In this document: piece after piece, positions 30,791-32,000 of the stretch
How the letters are laid out: the number at the start of each line of letters is the position of its first letter
Numbering within the stretch: the stretch's first letter is position 1
NCBI RefSeq assembly: GCF_000018465.1
Contig: NC_010085.1
Location: 1,050,001-1,082,000 of the forward strand
DNA from: Nitrosopumilus maritimus SCM1
GTDB taxonomy: Archaea > Thermoproteota > Nitrososphaeria > Nitrososphaerales > Nitrosopumilaceae
Length of the DNA stretch: 32,000 bases
Direction: 5' to 3'
Translations under genes and position numbers: made by a program
Notes under the pieces: model-generated
What the model saw: the letters and a program-made list of their open reading frames with translations, nothing else
Database searches by the model: none
Told to the model about the DNA's origin: nothing

Positions 30791-32000
30791 AATGACAAAA
30801 TTTCAAGAATTAGGATTAAAAGAAGACATACTGAAAGGATTAAACGATCTTGGGTTTGAAGAAGCATTTCCAATTCAAGAAGCAGTAATTCCCGTATTAC
30901 TTACAGGAAGAGATGTTGTAGGGCAAGCACATACAGGCTCTGGTAAGACTGCAGCATTTTCATTATCAATGCTACAAGAGATTCAACCAAAAAATGGCAT
31001 TCAAGGTTTGATCATGGCACCAACAAGAGAGCTTGCAATGCAGATTACAGATGAAATCAAAAAATTTGGAAAATATACAGGAATCAAAGTAGCTACAGTT
31101 TATGGAGGGCAAGGCATGGGACTCCAATTAGATGCTCTGGAAAGAGGAGTAGAGATTGTAGTAGCAACACCAGGTAGATTGATTGACCATCTCAAAAGAG
31201 GTTCTATAGAGCTTAGAGATGTCACACACATTGTTTTGGATGAAGCCGACACAATGTTGGATATGGGATTTATTGATGATATTGGATTCATTTTAGATTT
31301 AGCACCAGAAGATAGAGTAATGTCATTGTTTTCAGCAACAATGCCAACTGAAATTCTCAGATTATCGGAAGAGTATTTGAACAATCCAAAGCAATTCTTG
31401 CTAGATGCAGACGATCTTAGTGGAGAAGGAATTGACCAATCATATTTGGTCATTAAAGACAGAGACAAATTCAAGTATCTAATTGACTTTATCAAACCAA
31501 CAAAAGGCCAAGCCATTGTATTTTGTTCTACAAAGTATAGAACTAGAGATGTTGCAAAATTCCTACATCAAGAAAAATTTGATGCAGTAGCAATAGAAGG
31601 GGACATGTCACAACATAGAAGAGAGCAATCTATGGGAAAATTCCGTAGTGGAAAGGCAGACATTCTAGTAGCAACAGATGTTGCATCAAGAGGTATTGAT
31701 GTTCCTAGAGTAGAATTAGTAATCAATTATGATGTTCCAAATCAGGAAATGGCATATTTCCATAGAATCGGCAGAACTGCAAGAGCAGGAGCAAAAGGTA
31801 AAGCAGTAACATTTGTTTCATATTCGTCTGTAGGGGATTGGAACCTCATCAAACGTCAAATCAAAGTTCCAATCAAAGATTTGAATGAGGAAATGGGAAT
31901 TGAAATTGCAATTCCAGATCCACTAAAAAGACAAATGCCATCAAGAAGATATGGAGGTCAATCAAGATCAAACTATTCTAGAGGGGGTCGTTCTGGAGGA
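30791..32000 (+). CDS. DEAD-box ATP-dependent RNA helicase (3' end beyond window)
   Basis: Hand translation gives MTKFQELGLKEDILKGLNDLGFEEAFPIQ (Q motif), AHTGSGKT, PTRELA, VLDEADTML, SAT, HRIGRTARAG and an RGG-like tail at the window edge. It is not in the ORF track because no stop codon occurs in the window. Confidence 0.9.

Noticed and set aside
31100-31516. 138-aa minus-strand ORF
   Set aside because: It is antisense to the DEAD-box helicase, whose conserved motifs (DEAD, SAT, HRIGR) read cleanly on the plus strand.

Overview
AT-rich archaeal chromosome segment. Gene content and motif style suggest a Nitrosopumilus-like ammonia-oxidising thaumarchaeon, but that is inference: every family call here rests on motif recognition by eye, with no searches run. 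From left to right the window holds five blocks. (1) 1-3.1 kb: an Lrp/AsnC regulator, two membrane-anchored DsbA paralogs and a secreted protein, each preceded about 40 nt upstream by the palindrome TTACAATTGTAA. (2) 4.1-7.8 kb: a metal-homeostasis cluster with a His-rich NicO-like transporter, a secreted protein that is about 28% methionine, an unannotated Cys-rich micro-ORF in frame behind its TAG stop, an ArsR/SmtB regulator and a short CDF transporter. A 45-nt direct repeat brackets part of this cluster. (3) 9.1-12.3 kb: an accessory cluster with a single-chain DarT(DUF4433)-macrodomain fusion beside a divergent TcmP / Gp37-Gp68(DUF5131) pair. This is my best candidate for an undescribed DNA-modification or defence system. 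(4) About 13.9-20.6 kb: a visibly more G+C-rich integrase-bearing cryptic integrated element. It carries a GIY-YIG / 2-TM / GIY-YIG-like operon, a glycine-zipper protein, RHH and wHTH regulators, a split ParB-N / MT-A70 methyltransferase in a five-gene overlapping operon, a 105-bp tandem repeat with a covarying hairpin, and a 14-bp GC-rich direct repeat next to the integrase. (5) 20.7-32 kb: mostly housekeeping genes, namely an MdaB-like quinone reductase, DCC and HTTM proteins, ppa, pepF, pdaD, tRNA-Thr(UGU), a third DsbA and a DEAD-box helicase that runs off the right edge. Several translationally coupled micro-ORFs under 60 aa are missing from the ORF track and were translated by hand. No CRISPR array, rRNA or transposase was seen.
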